A DNA stretch of 64,000 nt from a virus (taxonomy: Duplodnaviria > Caudoviricetes): positions 831 to 64,830 of the IMG/VR virus record IMGVR_UViG_3300033074_001631, one strand, 5' to 3'. The notes below the pieces were generated by a model. The model did no database searches. It saw nothing but the letters and a program-made list of their open reading frames with translations, and had not been told where the DNA came from. Below are positions 15,867 to 25,906 of the stretch, piece after piece. Numbering within the stretch: the stretch's first letter is position 1; every line of letters starts with the position of its first letter. A program made the translations under genes and the position numbers.

Positions 15867-16808
15867 TTATTTTGTTAAACCAGCAAGTTTTTTCATTCTT
15901 TCAAAAACCAAATTAGATTCTATAATAGGACTTTTACTTGACTGAGATATAGTTTTAGAAGCTGAACCTAGATGTTCTTTAATATGTAATTTTTTAGATT
16001 TTTTATCAATATTACTTACTAAAGTTTCATATATTAATTTGGCTTCTTTAGTAGTTGAAGCTTTATCAAAGGCTTCAACAATTTTTGTTTTTTCGGAATC
16101 GTTTAATGATTTTGCTTTGAATATTTTGTTGATGTAAATAAGTTTTGAATTTAAAAGATTAACTTCATTGATTGATTGTCTTAAAACTTTTATAGTTTTA
16201 TAAGCTTCTTCTAATTCTTGAGGTTCTTCTTTTTTAAATTCTTTTAAAGAGGCACAAGCAGGATGTTCAGGATGGTCAGCACAATATAATTTTTTAAATT
16301 CTTCTTCATCATGTTCAGAATATTCATTTATTTCTTGTTCTTCTTCCATTTCTTCGGCTTCTTCCATAGTAGTTTCTTCTTGTTCTTCAGAAATTTCAGT
16401 TTCTTCGGTTTCAGATGAAGGAACTCCTTCTATTTCACCAGCATCTACCATACTTTGGATAACATCTGTTACAAAATTTTTCAAATCTTCTTCAGACATA
16501 TCTTCAATATCAAACTCTTCTTCAGTTTCAACTTCTTCTTCTTCTTCTTCCTCTGTTACAGTTTCTTCTGTTACATTTTCTTCTTCAGAATCAAGTTCAG
16601 CCAAAAGTTCATCTAAATTAATTTCTTCTTCTTCCTCTGTTATAGTTTCTTCTTCAGAATCCATTTCAGAAATTTTTGAAGCTAATTTTTCTTTAAGAAA
16701 AGGTGTAAATGCTTCTTCTAAAGCCATCTTTGCTTGTTCTAATGCTACTTCTTTTACTTTTTTAGCATCAGCAATTGCTTCTTTAAGCAATTCTCTGTTT
16801 GTTTCCAT
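15867..16808 (-). CDS. Prohead scaffold / core protein (gp22-like)
   Basis: Highly acidic and coiled-coil; lies between the protease and MCP genes; ends ERMKKLAGLTK. Confidence 0.75.
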   Translation of the reverse strand: METNRELLKEAIADAKKVKEVALEQAKMALEEAFTPFLKEKLASKISEMDSEEETITEEEEEINLDELLAELDSEEENVTEETVTEEEEEEEVETEEEFDIEDMSEEDLKNFVTDVIQSMVDAGEIEGVPSSETEETEISEEQEETTMEEAEEMEEEQEINEYSEHDEEEFKKLYCADHPEHPACASLKEFKKEEPQELEEAYKTIKVLRQSINEVNLLNSKLIYINKIFKAKSLNDSEKTKIVEAFDKASTTKEAKLIYETLVSNIDKKSKKLHIKEHLGSASKTISQSSKSPIIESNLVFERMKKLAGLTK

Positions 16809-16957
16809 GTTTTTGTTCTCAAATTTTTTTGGGAAAATATGCCTATTTAAAAAAGCATAATAAAAATAAACTAATTAGGTGTTATATAATTAATAACACA
16901 TTCAATTATAAATACCGCAAAATTTTTTAAAAAATGCTCATGTATAAAAAAATTTTT

Positions 16958-17608
16958 TTAAATATCTATTAAACAACTTCCATTAGAACACAAGATTTCA
17001 GTAATAATTTTATTTATTCTATCATTTTTGTTTATCTTAGTTAAATCTAAACCTTCATTTATTTGGGTTGATTTCATCCAAGAACCAGGATTTGAAGGAT
17101 TTGATACAGCATCCCATGTTAATAAATCAAAATCATCTTGTACTTCCATTATCTCTCCTTTTTGTTCTAATGAACCCAACCCACGAGAGGAAATACCAAA
17201 TAATAATTTATTTTTAACATAAGCTCCTAAAATTCTTCCAGAAATAGTTCCATATTCTCCAGGATCAGAAAATATTTCTAATATCCCTTTTATTAAATCC
17301 CCTTCCCACCAAATTTTTCTTATAGCATGAGAACCATTCTTTAAGTTTATTATTGTTGAAGATGGATGATCTAATTCACCTATAGTTTCAGTAGTACCAG
17401 CATCTATTTTCTTTTGAAACTTAGATAATTCTCTTTCCCACAATTCTCTAGAGTAATATCGACCATTTCCATTTTTAACTTCTACAGTAGCCAAAACCCC
17501 CTCAACAAATAAATTTTTATTTGAAGAAATATTGTTTAATCCTTCTATTAATTTTACAGGAGCAGAAGTATATTGAAAAGGGTGGGTTTCTACTAATAAT
17601 TCTTTCAT
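16958..17608 (-). CDS. Prohead protease (T4 gp21-like)
   Basis: NGNGRYY, GELDHP, GISSRGLGS and WDAVSNPS motifs. Confidence 0.93.
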   Translation of the reverse strand: MKELLVETHPFQYTSAPVKLIEGLNNISSNKNLFVEGVLATVEVKNGNGRYYSRELWERELSKFQKKIDAGTTETIGELDHPSSTIINLKNGSHAIRKIWWEGDLIKGILEIFSDPGEYGTISGRILGAYVKNKLLFGISSRGLGSLEQKGEIMEVQDDFDLLTWDAVSNPSNPGSWMKSTQINEGLDLTKINKNDRINKIITEILCSNGSCLIDI

Positions 17609-19971
17609 ATAAAATCTTCTAAGTTTTTATTTGATTTTATTTCTTTAACTATATTAGATAAAGATAAAGATTTATTTTCTCTAACAGGAACACAATTAGG
17701 AACCTGTTTTCCGTTTTTAGATTTTATCCCTATTTGTTTATATCCTTTCCAGCAGGCTTCATCTTCGGAAATAGTAGATTTTACTATTTTTAGATTTTTT
17801 TTATTAGCATATTTTTTAGCTTGTTCTGGTGTATCAAAAAACATATCTATTTGTTTTGAACCATCTGGTTTTTCCAAAACATAAACAGGATTTTTTTTAG
17901 GTCCTGATTTAGATATCATGTATGTGTTTTCTTTATTCCAAGCTGTTGAACCTATTTCAGGTTTATATGATGGGTTGGATTCATTGAATTGACTCTCAAA
18001 TCTAACTGTAATTCCCCTTTGATTAAATTCTGATTCTAATTCTGATTCTAAAGAATCTAATGTTTCTTCATCTTCAGGAAAAAACCAATATCCCTCACGG
18101 GGATTCCATACCCCATAATAATCAGTTTCACCCAACATGTCTTTTATGGCATTATTATCTATTGGGGTTCTGCCTTTTACTATTAACCCCGAACCATCAT
18201 AATCCCCCATCATACCTGAAGATTCATCTAGTGCGGAATAAACAGTATTATCACTATCATACCAATCTTCTACTACATATTTATCATCTCTGATTTTATT
18301 AACATGTACAGCATATTGTCCTTCTCCATATTTATCTGCATATTTTTTTGCATCTTCTAAATTGTCAAAATATGCTGGGGTTGTTGGTTCTTTTTGGGTT
18401 TCTTTTAATTTATTGTTCTTAAAATAAACTAAAGCTAATTGTTTTTTAGTGTCGGGATGTAATCTTAAATATTCTTCATATGATATGCCTGAATGCTTTG
18501 CTATTGGTTTTCCTTCAACATGTTTCAAATAATCTAAATCTAGATTTTCATGCTCATTTACTATTTGATTTCCTTGGATTCTTCTTAAAACTATTCCATA
18601 AACATCCCCGTTTCCAAAATCAACATTGACCATATCATCCATTACTTTTACAACTTTTCCCTTTTTTCCATTCTTTATAAGAGTGTCACCTATTTTTGGT
18701 TTATATTTATCTTTTTGTTCTTCTAAAGATTCATTAGTTTTAGCCTTTTTTAAATCTTGAGCTTTAACCCAAACTTCTGGTCTTCCACCAAATTTAATTG
18801 ATTTGATATAAATTCTTCCATCATCAGCAATACGTGTTACTTTATGTTTGATTCCTTTATATAAGACAACATCATCAGATTCAAATTCATTTTCAGAAGG
18901 TTTAACCATAGAACCTATTGAGCGGGCTTCTAATTCATTTATGGGTTTAGTAGAAAAATTGCCCCACTCTCCTCTTATTGTTCTTATTTCATTATCGTTT
19001 TTATCATATACTGTAACTATGTAAATAGCATTCATGTTATAGTTACGAGCAGGAGTATAGTCTTCTATTATTCCATAGTATCCTTGAGATGATGGGTATA
19101 TTTCACCTACATCTCCTCTAAAATAAACTTTGTCACCAATATCACTACCTGATCCTTCTTTTATTGGATTTTTTCTATCTTGTAAAATTTTCTCAATAGA
19201 AGAAGGATTAACACCTTTTTCTTTCAAAAATAATTCTAATTCTTCATCCGGTAAAGTATCTATCTGAAATTTGTATTTTCTTTTTGCTGAGTTGTAAGAG
19301 TATTCAACAGCATTATATCCCCCATCTTCAGGGGTTTTTATATTAGTTTGTGGATTATCAGTAATTCTTCCAAACATAGGGTGAGTATAAATATTTTCTT
19401 TTAAAATATCAGGAGCTTTTTCATATCCACTAGCTTTATATTTACCTTTTACTTCTTTAGTAGGAGTGGATTCTTTATACCCCAACCCTTTAACACCAAA
19501 CTGACCTTCTTTGGTATAATACATTATATCTTTAGCTAAATTTTTAGCTACAATCTGTTTTAATTCTTCTACTGTTTTTTCAGAATTTTTGGGGTCTTTC
19601 ATTTCAGCATAATAACCGGTAAGAAACTGAGGTCCATAGATGTTATCAATATTTTTAACATCTTTATAATCATAACCACGAGTAGTCATGTCCGTTGCTT
19701 CTTTAGTGGTTTCTTTTTCTTCAGCTTTAGCTGCTTCCGAAATATTTTCTTTAAAAATAGAAAACCAATCAGGTTGTTTTTTTGAACCAGTTACTAACCC
19801 CCCAATAAATCTTTCAGATATTATGGATTTATTTTTTAAAATTGTAACAGCGTTTTCAAAGGTAGTATATTGATTTATATATTGAGGAAAAATTCTTTTT
19901 ATTGATTTCATAAAAAAATCTTTATTTCCTTTTCCTTCTAAAATTAAATCATATTGTGTTTGTAAATCCAT
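17605..19971 (-). CDS. Modular head-associated polyprotein
   Basis: 788 aa of unrelated 50-90-aa modules separated by (L/I/V/F)xE; adjacent to the prohead protease gene. Confidence 0.6.
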   Translation of the reverse strand: MDLQTQYDLILEGKGNKDFFMKSIKRIFPQYINQYTTFENAVTILKNKSIISERFIGGLVTGSKKQPDWFSIFKENISEAAKAEEKETTKEATDMTTRGYDYKDVKNIDNIYGPQFLTGYYAEMKDPKNSEKTVEELKQIVAKNLAKDIMYYTKEGQFGVKGLGYKESTPTKEVKGKYKASGYEKAPDILKENIYTHPMFGRITDNPQTNIKTPEDGGYNAVEYSYNSAKRKYKFQIDTLPDEELELFLKEKGVNPSSIEKILQDRKNPIKEGSGSDIGDKVYFRGDVGEIYPSSQGYYGIIEDYTPARNYNMNAIYIVTVYDKNDNEIRTIRGEWGNFSTKPINELEARSIGSMVKPSENEFESDDVVLYKGIKHKVTRIADDGRIYIKSIKFGGRPEVWVKAQDLKKAKTNESLEEQKDKYKPKIGDTLIKNGKKGKVVKVMDDMVNVDFGNGDVYGIVLRRIQGNQIVNEHENLDLDYLKHVEGKPIAKHSGISYEEYLRLHPDTKKQLALVYFKNNKLKETQKEPTTPAYFDNLEDAKKYADKYGEGQYAVHVNKIRDDKYVVEDWYDSDNTVYSALDESSGMMGDYDGSGLIVKGRTPIDNNAIKDMLGETDYYGVWNPREGYWFFPEDEETLDSLESELESEFNQRGITVRFESQFNESNPSYKPEIGSTAWNKENTYMISKSGPKKNPVYVLEKPDGSKQIDMFFDTPEQAKKYANKKNLKIVKSTISEDEACWKGYKQIGIKSKNGKQVPNCVPVRENKSLSLSNIVKEIKSNKNLEDFI

Positions 19972-19976
19972 TTTTA

Positions 19977-20438
19977 TTAATTATCTTTAAATAATGTTAT
20001 TAAATCGTCTATATAAGATTCAGCTATATCAGTACTATATAAAACATCAAAATCTGGTTTTTGTTTGTATTTTTCTATAACTTTATATTTAGCTGATTTT
20101 AATAAAGGTAATAGTTGATTTATTTTGTTTTCTATTGAATCAAAAGTTAATATTCTTTTAAAAATAAATTTTTTTAATTTAGGATCTTTTATTTTTAAAG
20201 AATTGACATATGTTTCAATGTCAAATTTTTCTTCATTCAATTTTGGTTTCCACAAATCTTTATGATCTATTCCTTTAGCTTGTTTATGTAATTTATTAAC
20301 ATCTGCTGGTTTATAGCCTAATTTATAATAATATATATTTTTAGTCCCTTTAGCATTTTTATCAGGATTAAAAGCATAAGGAGTAAGATACCCAAATTCT
20401 TTTAATTTAGTTTTTACTATTGAATTTAATAAGTCCAT
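19977..20438 (-). CDS. Hypothetical head-module protein
   Basis: 153-aa ORF within the portal-protease operon. Confidence 0.6.
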   Translation of the reverse strand: MDLLNSIVKTKLKEFGYLTPYAFNPDKNAKGTKNIYYYKLGYKPADVNKLHKQAKGIDHKDLWKPKLNEEKFDIETYVNSLKIKDPKLKKFIFKRILTFDSIENKINQLLPLLKSAKYKVIEKYKQKPDFDVLYSTDIAESYIDDLITLFKDN

Positions 20439-21280
20439 TAATAGTTTTTTAGTTCTTCTATTAGATTATAATATTGTAATAGATTAATTAAATCCTCATC
20501 TGATAATTTTATTGGTTCTTTTAAAGAATTAGTAATTTCAGATATTTTTATCTTTAATACATTGTCTGTTATTTTTTTGTTTAAAATAGATAAACTATTT
20601 TTTATTTCAAATATTCTCTTATTATATATTTCTTTTAGTTTATCAAAATTATCAGAAGAATCTATAAATTCTTTTAATAACAGTCTTTGATCAGAATTCA
20701 AGTTTTTATATTTTTCATTAAATTTATCTAATAAAAATTTATATGCTAAAATTCTAGTATCTTTGTCTTGAGATTTAAATTCTAAAATTATATCTTTTTG
20801 AACTTTTTCTTTATCTATATTAGAAGAAACTAGATATTCTAATACAGTTAATTTATTATCTAATACATGTTTTGTATTTAAATTTAAATTTTCTGAAGAA
20901 TAAAGTTCAAATAAATTATATAAAGAAGCTTGGGCTTTGTAATTAGGAAGTTTAGTTTTAAAAAACTCATCTAAATCAAAATTTTCTTTTATTTCTTTTA
21001 TTAGATTATATTTTTGGCGTTTTAATAATGATTTATTTAATCCTTTAGAAGCCTCAATTATAGTGTTTAATATAGATTCTGCTTTTCCTTCATTTATGTT
21101 TTTATATGAAAATAAGGTTTCATATAATTTATATTCTTTACCTAATTCTGTTTTTACAAAATACTTTTTTAAAATAGGTAAAGCTTTAGAATCTTTTCCT
21201 AATAAAGAATCAGAAGTAATTTTCCTTACTAAAAGTTCAAATATGATACCCGTGTTTCTTAATTTATTATGTTTATACAT
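20438..21280 (-). CDS. Hypothetical helical protein next to the portal gene
   Basis: 280-aa ORF; late-type motif upstream. Confidence 0.65.
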   Translation of the reverse strand: MYKHNKLRNTGIIFELLVRKITSDSLLGKDSKALPILKKYFVKTELGKEYKLYETLFSYKNINEGKAESILNTIIEASKGLNKSLLKRQKYNLIKEIKENFDLDEFFKTKLPNYKAQASLYNLFELYSSENLNLNTKHVLDNKLTVLEYLVSSNIDKEKVQKDIILEFKSQDKDTRILAYKFLLDKFNEKYKNLNSDQRLLLKEFIDSSDNFDKLKEIYNKRIFEIKNSLSILNKKITDNVLKIKISEITNSLKEPIKLSDEDLINLLQYYNLIEELKNY

Positions 21281-21313
21281 TAAAGTATTTTATTATAAAT
21301 ATTAAAAAAATTT

Positions 21314-23191
21314 TTATTCGTCCTCTAATATTTGGGATTCATCTAGTAAACTTAATTTTTTCCCCAAACTTTCTAACAAAGATTTGTTTTTATTAAAATT
21401 AATATTTGCTTCCTTTAATGACATAGGAGAACCTCCTTTATAATTAGGAACACCATATTCAGGTTGATCATCTATCTTCATAGCTTTTTTACCTAATCTA
21501 TCTTTTCCTAATGAGTTTTGTTGAGTATCTATATTTGTTACTTTTTCTTTAGGTCTACCTAAAGGTATACTTTCATCATATCCTGAGGGAAGGTTGTCTG
21601 GGGCTGAACCCATTCTTCCTTTACCATATAGATAAGCTAAATCATGAGGGGTTCCATAAGATTTACCTGTTTCTAAAGGATCATTACCTTCTTTTTCTAT
21701 TTGTGTATATCTAAATGTACGTTTTTGATCTTCTGCTATTAAATCTCTAAATTCGTTATATTGGTCCTCACTTAGATGATATATGTTATCATATATCCAA
21801 TCTGTGGGTAATATTTTTGTTTCCATTATAGATTTAGCTAGTTCAACTTTTTCTTTCATCAAGTTGATTCTTTCTTGATCATATATTATAGAAGGAGTGG
21901 TTAAAGATAATTCAAAATTAGTTAATCCTTCATCTTTATATCCTTGAGAATATAAATGTACTAACGCTATTTTATATAATTCAGAAAGAATAATTCTTTG
22001 AATTCTATCAATAGTACGAGCAAATCTTATATCTTCAGCAGCTAAAGTTGCTTTTCCTTGAAGATCTTTATCATATCCTAAAAAAGCTTTAGGAACTTTA
22101 AGAGCAGCAAACAATTTATCTCTTAAATATTCAACATCTTTTATACCATCATACTCTAATCCTTTAGTAGTATCGATTTTTGTTGCAGTATCGTTTCCTC
22201 TAACAGGTATATAAAAATCTTCCAACATATTTTGCATGTTGTATTTTAAATTATAATTACCTGTTTCAGGATCAAATAAAGGAACTCTCTTCATAGAAGA
22301 TATGGTTTTTTGCATAAAACCTTCTACTTCTTGGGGAGGTATTCCTCCTACATTAACATAAAATATTCTTTTTTCTGGAGCTCTAACTATTCTATGTATT
22401 AACATAGAGTCTTCCATTAGAGTATACTGTTTAAATATTTTTCTTGCTGGTTCTATAAAAGATCTTCCATAAGGAAGAAAATTCATATCAGTTAACAACC
22501 TGAAATGTATTACTTCATAATTATCAAAAGTTACTAAATGAGTACTTTTTGTATTAGCTTGTCCAGGCAATGAATAATATCCTGAATTTCCACTATAAAA
22601 TCCATCTGGTGAATATATAAATCTTACAGCATTGGGATGTTCTCTATCATAATGTTCCTCTCTAGTTATATGATATGCAGAATAAGGAATAACATTGTAT
22701 ACCCCATATTTTTCTGCTATTTCCAATTTTAAGAAAAAATCCCCATACTTACACATTTGTCTTATCCAAGACCATAAATTAAATTCAATGTTTAAAACAT
22801 CATAAAACAAATTATATAATATTTTTTGTATATCTTCATTTGAGCTTCTTATTTGTAACACTTCCCCTAAGTCATTTTTTAAGGTACATTCATCTGCTAT
22901 AATGTCTAAACTAGAAGCTATTATAGCATCTGAATCCATAACATCATAGTCAGAATATATTTGGGGTCTTAAATATTGATAATTTATATTTAATTGATTC
23001 CCATATAAAGAAGTGGTAGCGGGGGAATATATTCTTGTAAACCTATCTAATAAAGAATTAGTAATTACATCACCAGAAGTTTGGATAGAATCAGTATCCA
23101 TTACTTTTAGTTGATGTCTTCCTACGTTTCTTAAAACAACATCAGTTGAAAATAATTTTTGTAATCTCGAAAATAAATTTTTATCTGCCAT
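21314..23191 (-). CDS. Portal protein (T4 gp20-like)
   Basis: LMEDSMLIHRIVRAPEKRIFYVNVG, MLEDFYIP and LFAALKVP motifs. Confidence 0.95.
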   Translation of the reverse strand: MADKNLFSRLQKLFSTDVVLRNVGRHQLKVMDTDSIQTSGDVITNSLLDRFTRIYSPATTSLYGNQLNINYQYLRPQIYSDYDVMDSDAIIASSLDIIADECTLKNDLGEVLQIRSSNEDIQKILYNLFYDVLNIEFNLWSWIRQMCKYGDFFLKLEIAEKYGVYNVIPYSAYHITREEHYDREHPNAVRFIYSPDGFYSGNSGYYSLPGQANTKSTHLVTFDNYEVIHFRLLTDMNFLPYGRSFIEPARKIFKQYTLMEDSMLIHRIVRAPEKRIFYVNVGGIPPQEVEGFMQKTISSMKRVPLFDPETGNYNLKYNMQNMLEDFYIPVRGNDTATKIDTTKGLEYDGIKDVEYLRDKLFAALKVPKAFLGYDKDLQGKATLAAEDIRFARTIDRIQRIILSELYKIALVHLYSQGYKDEGLTNFELSLTTPSIIYDQERINLMKEKVELAKSIMETKILPTDWIYDNIYHLSEDQYNEFRDLIAEDQKRTFRYTQIEKEGNDPLETGKSYGTPHDLAYLYGKGRMGSAPDNLPSGYDESIPLGRPKEKVTNIDTQQNSLGKDRLGKKAMKIDDQPEYGVPNYKGGSPMSLKEANINFNKNKSLLESLGKKLSLLDESQILEDE

Positions 23192-23214
23192 ATATTATAT
23201 TATACTATTCCTTT

Positions 23215-24795
23215 TTATAAAAGCCAAGTTAAATTTTCTTTTCTACCATTTATTTCTAATTGATAAGGGTTTATAACTTTATTTGAATTAACAGTATTAT
23301 GCATTGTGGGAAATGATTGTCTATTTACTGACATATTAGATAATGCTGCTCTAGCTAAGTCTTGATTTTGACTTTTATATTTTAATGAAGTATCTCTTAA
23401 ATACATTCCTAAAGCAAAAGCCATAATTAAATCATCATTATATCCTACCCTAGCTTCGGCTCTACCGTTTTTCCATATAAAAACTTTCATTTCTTCTATT
23501 AATCTCTGAGATTTTATAGAAACACTTCTATCCCCTATATATTCTCTTAGTTTATTTATAGCTAAAGGTCTGGTTTTTAAAGACATACTAAATCCAGGAG
23601 TTAGATTAGATTCTTCCTGATAATACCCTGATGAATAACTTTCTAAATTAAAATTATCACTTTTAGAAGAAAAATATAAGTTTTTATATCCTCTTTCTAA
23701 AACAGATTCTACAGTTGACCACCCTATATTTGAGTTTTCTATAACTAATAAAGCATTATTGTATTCAGTTGATATACTTATTAAAAGTAAAGCAAATTCT
23801 TTAGGAGCTAATTGGCCTTTATATTCAGCTACTTGAGCATTAGTTTCTATATCAAAAACATGAAATGTAGAATAATCTTTTCCATCTCCACGAGCAACAT
23901 CTGCCGTAACCATATAGTTTCTACTATAATCAACATATTCCCAAATCCATAAATTATTATCTTGACCCCTAGTTTCTAGTGGTTTTAGAACCATTGATTC
24001 ATAATATGCTATTATTTCATTATGGAATACTGTATCACCAGAAACAGAAAAAGTGCAATCACATTCTTGGGCTGCTAATCTTGGATCTCCTAAATCTTCA
24101 TCTTGTTTTTTTCTCCAAGCTTCATTTCTTTCTGGGTGTACAAACCAAGGAAGTTTTATAGGTATAAAATTGTTTTCTTTTTCTTCAGCCTTTACCCACA
24201 TTTTATGGAACCAATTTCCTGTTCCATTAGGAGTAGAAATTATTATAGCTGAACCCCCAGTTCCTAAGGTTTGTTGGGCTGAAGCCCACAATTCTTCAAT
24301 CCCTTCAATAAAGGCTGCTTCATCTATTATTAATAAAGAAACAGCTTCTGATCTACCAGAATCGGAAGCAGCTGATACCGCTTTTATTTGAGAACCATTT
24401 TTTAATCTTAAACTTAATTTATTATCTTCTTCTGCTTCGGTTCTTAACCATGAAGGTAAGTTATTATACATAAACTTAACCTTAGTAACCATATTTTTAG
24501 CGGTATCTGTTTTTGTAGCAATACATAAAACATTTTTATCTTTATTAAAAAGCATCAACCACAAAGAATATCCTGCTACTAAAGTTGAAACACCTAATTG
24601 TCTTGATTTTAATACTACTGAATTAGGGTTTTCAACCCATATTTTTAAAATTTTTTCTTGAAATATAAATAAATTAAAATTCATTCTCCCACGATTTGGG
24701 TGCTGAATCATACAGTATTTTTTTATAAAATATGCTGGATCTTTAAAGCATTTTATATATTCTTCTTTTATTATGTCTTTTAAATTTGCACTCAT
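23215..24795 (-). CDS. Terminase large subunit (gp17-like)
   Basis: KSRQLGVST, LLIIDEAAF, STPNG, ADVARGDGKDYS and NDDLIMA motifs. Confidence 0.95.
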   Translation of the reverse strand: MSANLKDIIKEEYIKCFKDPAYFIKKYCMIQHPNRGRMNFNLFIFQEKILKIWVENPNSVVLKSRQLGVSTLVAGYSLWLMLFNKDKNVLCIATKTDTAKNMVTKVKFMYNNLPSWLRTEAEEDNKLSLRLKNGSQIKAVSAASDSGRSEAVSLLIIDEAAFIEGIEELWASAQQTLGTGGSAIIISTPNGTGNWFHKMWVKAEEKENNFIPIKLPWFVHPERNEAWRKKQDEDLGDPRLAAQECDCTFSVSGDTVFHNEIIAYYESMVLKPLETRGQDNNLWIWEYVDYSRNYMVTADVARGDGKDYSTFHVFDIETNAQVAEYKGQLAPKEFALLLISISTEYNNALLVIENSNIGWSTVESVLERGYKNLYFSSKSDNFNLESYSSGYYQEESNLTPGFSMSLKTRPLAINKLREYIGDRSVSIKSQRLIEEMKVFIWKNGRAEARVGYNDDLIMAFALGMYLRDTSLKYKSQNQDLARAALSNMSVNRQSFPTMHNTVNSNKVINPYQLEINGRKENLTWLL

Positions 24796-25208
24796 ATTAT
24801 CGAAGCTATTAAAGCCGCTAGAAGACCAATATTTATTATTGTTAAAATTTTTCTTTCTTTTTTGGTAGATTCTAAATCATTTTCTAATCTTTGGATTTTT
24901 TTAGTCCTAACACTTTCTATCATCTTATATTGATTTATTTCATCTAAATAAAGAAACTCTTTTTTTTCCAATGTCTTAATATTTTCCTTAAGAAAATAAA
25001 TTTTTTTATTCAATAATGAAGTATCTTCTTTCAACAAAATATTTTCTTCTTTATTAAAATCGCCTGTTTCTAAATCTATAATTATGTTTTTAGCAACTTT
25101 TATAGGAAAACATATTGTTGTATCATTATTTGATACCGTAACGTTTTGTGAAATAAGAGGCAATGTCGTTAGAATAAAACTTATTAATAGAATTAATATT
25201 TTTTTCAT
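24792..25208 (-). CDS. Secreted / membrane coiled-coil protein, possible spanin component
   Basis: Signal-like N-terminus, coiled coil and hydrophobic C-terminus; overlaps 25126..25458. Confidence 0.4.
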   Translation of the reverse strand: MKKILILLISFILTTLPLISQNVTVSNNDTTICFPIKVAKNIIIDLETGDFNKEENILLKEDTSLLNKKIYFLKENIKTLEKKEFLYLDEINQYKMIESVRTKKIQRLENDLESTKKERKILTIINIGLLAALIASII

Positions 25209-25458
25209 ATTTTTTATTTAGGTTAGTAAGTTTTATATTATTTTCCTTTAATTTATGTTCTATCAAAAACAATGAATCTTTTATATTATTTATATTTATG
25301 TTTAAAGAATCTATTTTATTGTTAGTTGTATTTATTGAAGTTATTAAACTATCTAACTTATTATCATAATTAGATACTTTTGGTGAAGGCAATAAATATA
25401 AAAAAATAATTATTAATATTGATATACTAAAAGCTATAAAAAATCCATTCCAGTTCAT
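25126..25458 (-). CDS. Membrane-anchored coiled-coil protein, possible i-spanin
   Basis: N-terminal TM helix followed by a heptad-rich region. Confidence 0.4.
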   Translation of the reverse strand: MNWNGFFIAFSISILIIIFLYLLPSPKVSNYDNKLDSLITSINTTNNKIDSLNININNIKDSLFLIEHKLKENNIKLTNLNKKYEKNINSINKFYSNDIASYFTKRYGIK

Positions 25459-25751
25459 AATGATTTTTTTGATTGTTCTAAAGAATTTATTTTATCATTT
25501 AAATTTTCTTTTTGTTTATATAAAGACTTAAGTTCTTTATTTATTATATTTAATTTGGAATTAGTTTCTTTTAATTTTTTTCCAGAAGTATCAACAGCTG
25601 ATTTTATATCAGAATCACCAGAAATATCAGAGGAAGTTAAATTATTGCTAACATATGTTTGTTTTCCAGATTTATCTGTAATAATAGTTCCTTCTTCTAA
25701 AAATTCAAAAATGGATTCTTTGATAAATGATACTAAATCTGATCTTTTCAT
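25455..25751 (-). CDS. Hypothetical protein with a head-protein-like leader
   Basis: MKRSDLVSFIKESIFEFLEE; late-type motif upstream. Confidence 0.55.
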   Translation of the reverse strand: MKRSDLVSFIKESIFEFLEEGTIITDKSGKQTYVSNNLTSSDISGDSDIKSAVDTSGKKLKETNSKLNIINKELKSLYKQKENLNDKINSLEQSKKSL

Positions 25752-25785
25752 AGTATTTTGTTATAAATATTAAAAAAGATAAAAA

Positions 25786-25805
25786 AAGCTCGCAAAAGCG
25801 AGCTT
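25786..25805 (-). terminator. Rho-independent terminator
   Basis: AAGCTCGC-AAAA-GCGAGCTT with an adjacent T-run on the minus strand. Confidence 0.6.
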
Positions 25806-25906
25806 ACTTTTTGTGATAAAGATTTTTATTTAAATTATATTAGATATTTTCTCTTTAATAATTTGTTTTAATTCTTATAAATTTTATATTTTTATTCATA
25901 AATATA

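Noticed and set aside
14234-24795. Introns or inteins in the capsid, portal or terminase genes
   Set aside because: The ORFs are continuous, of expected length, and lack splice or intein motifs.
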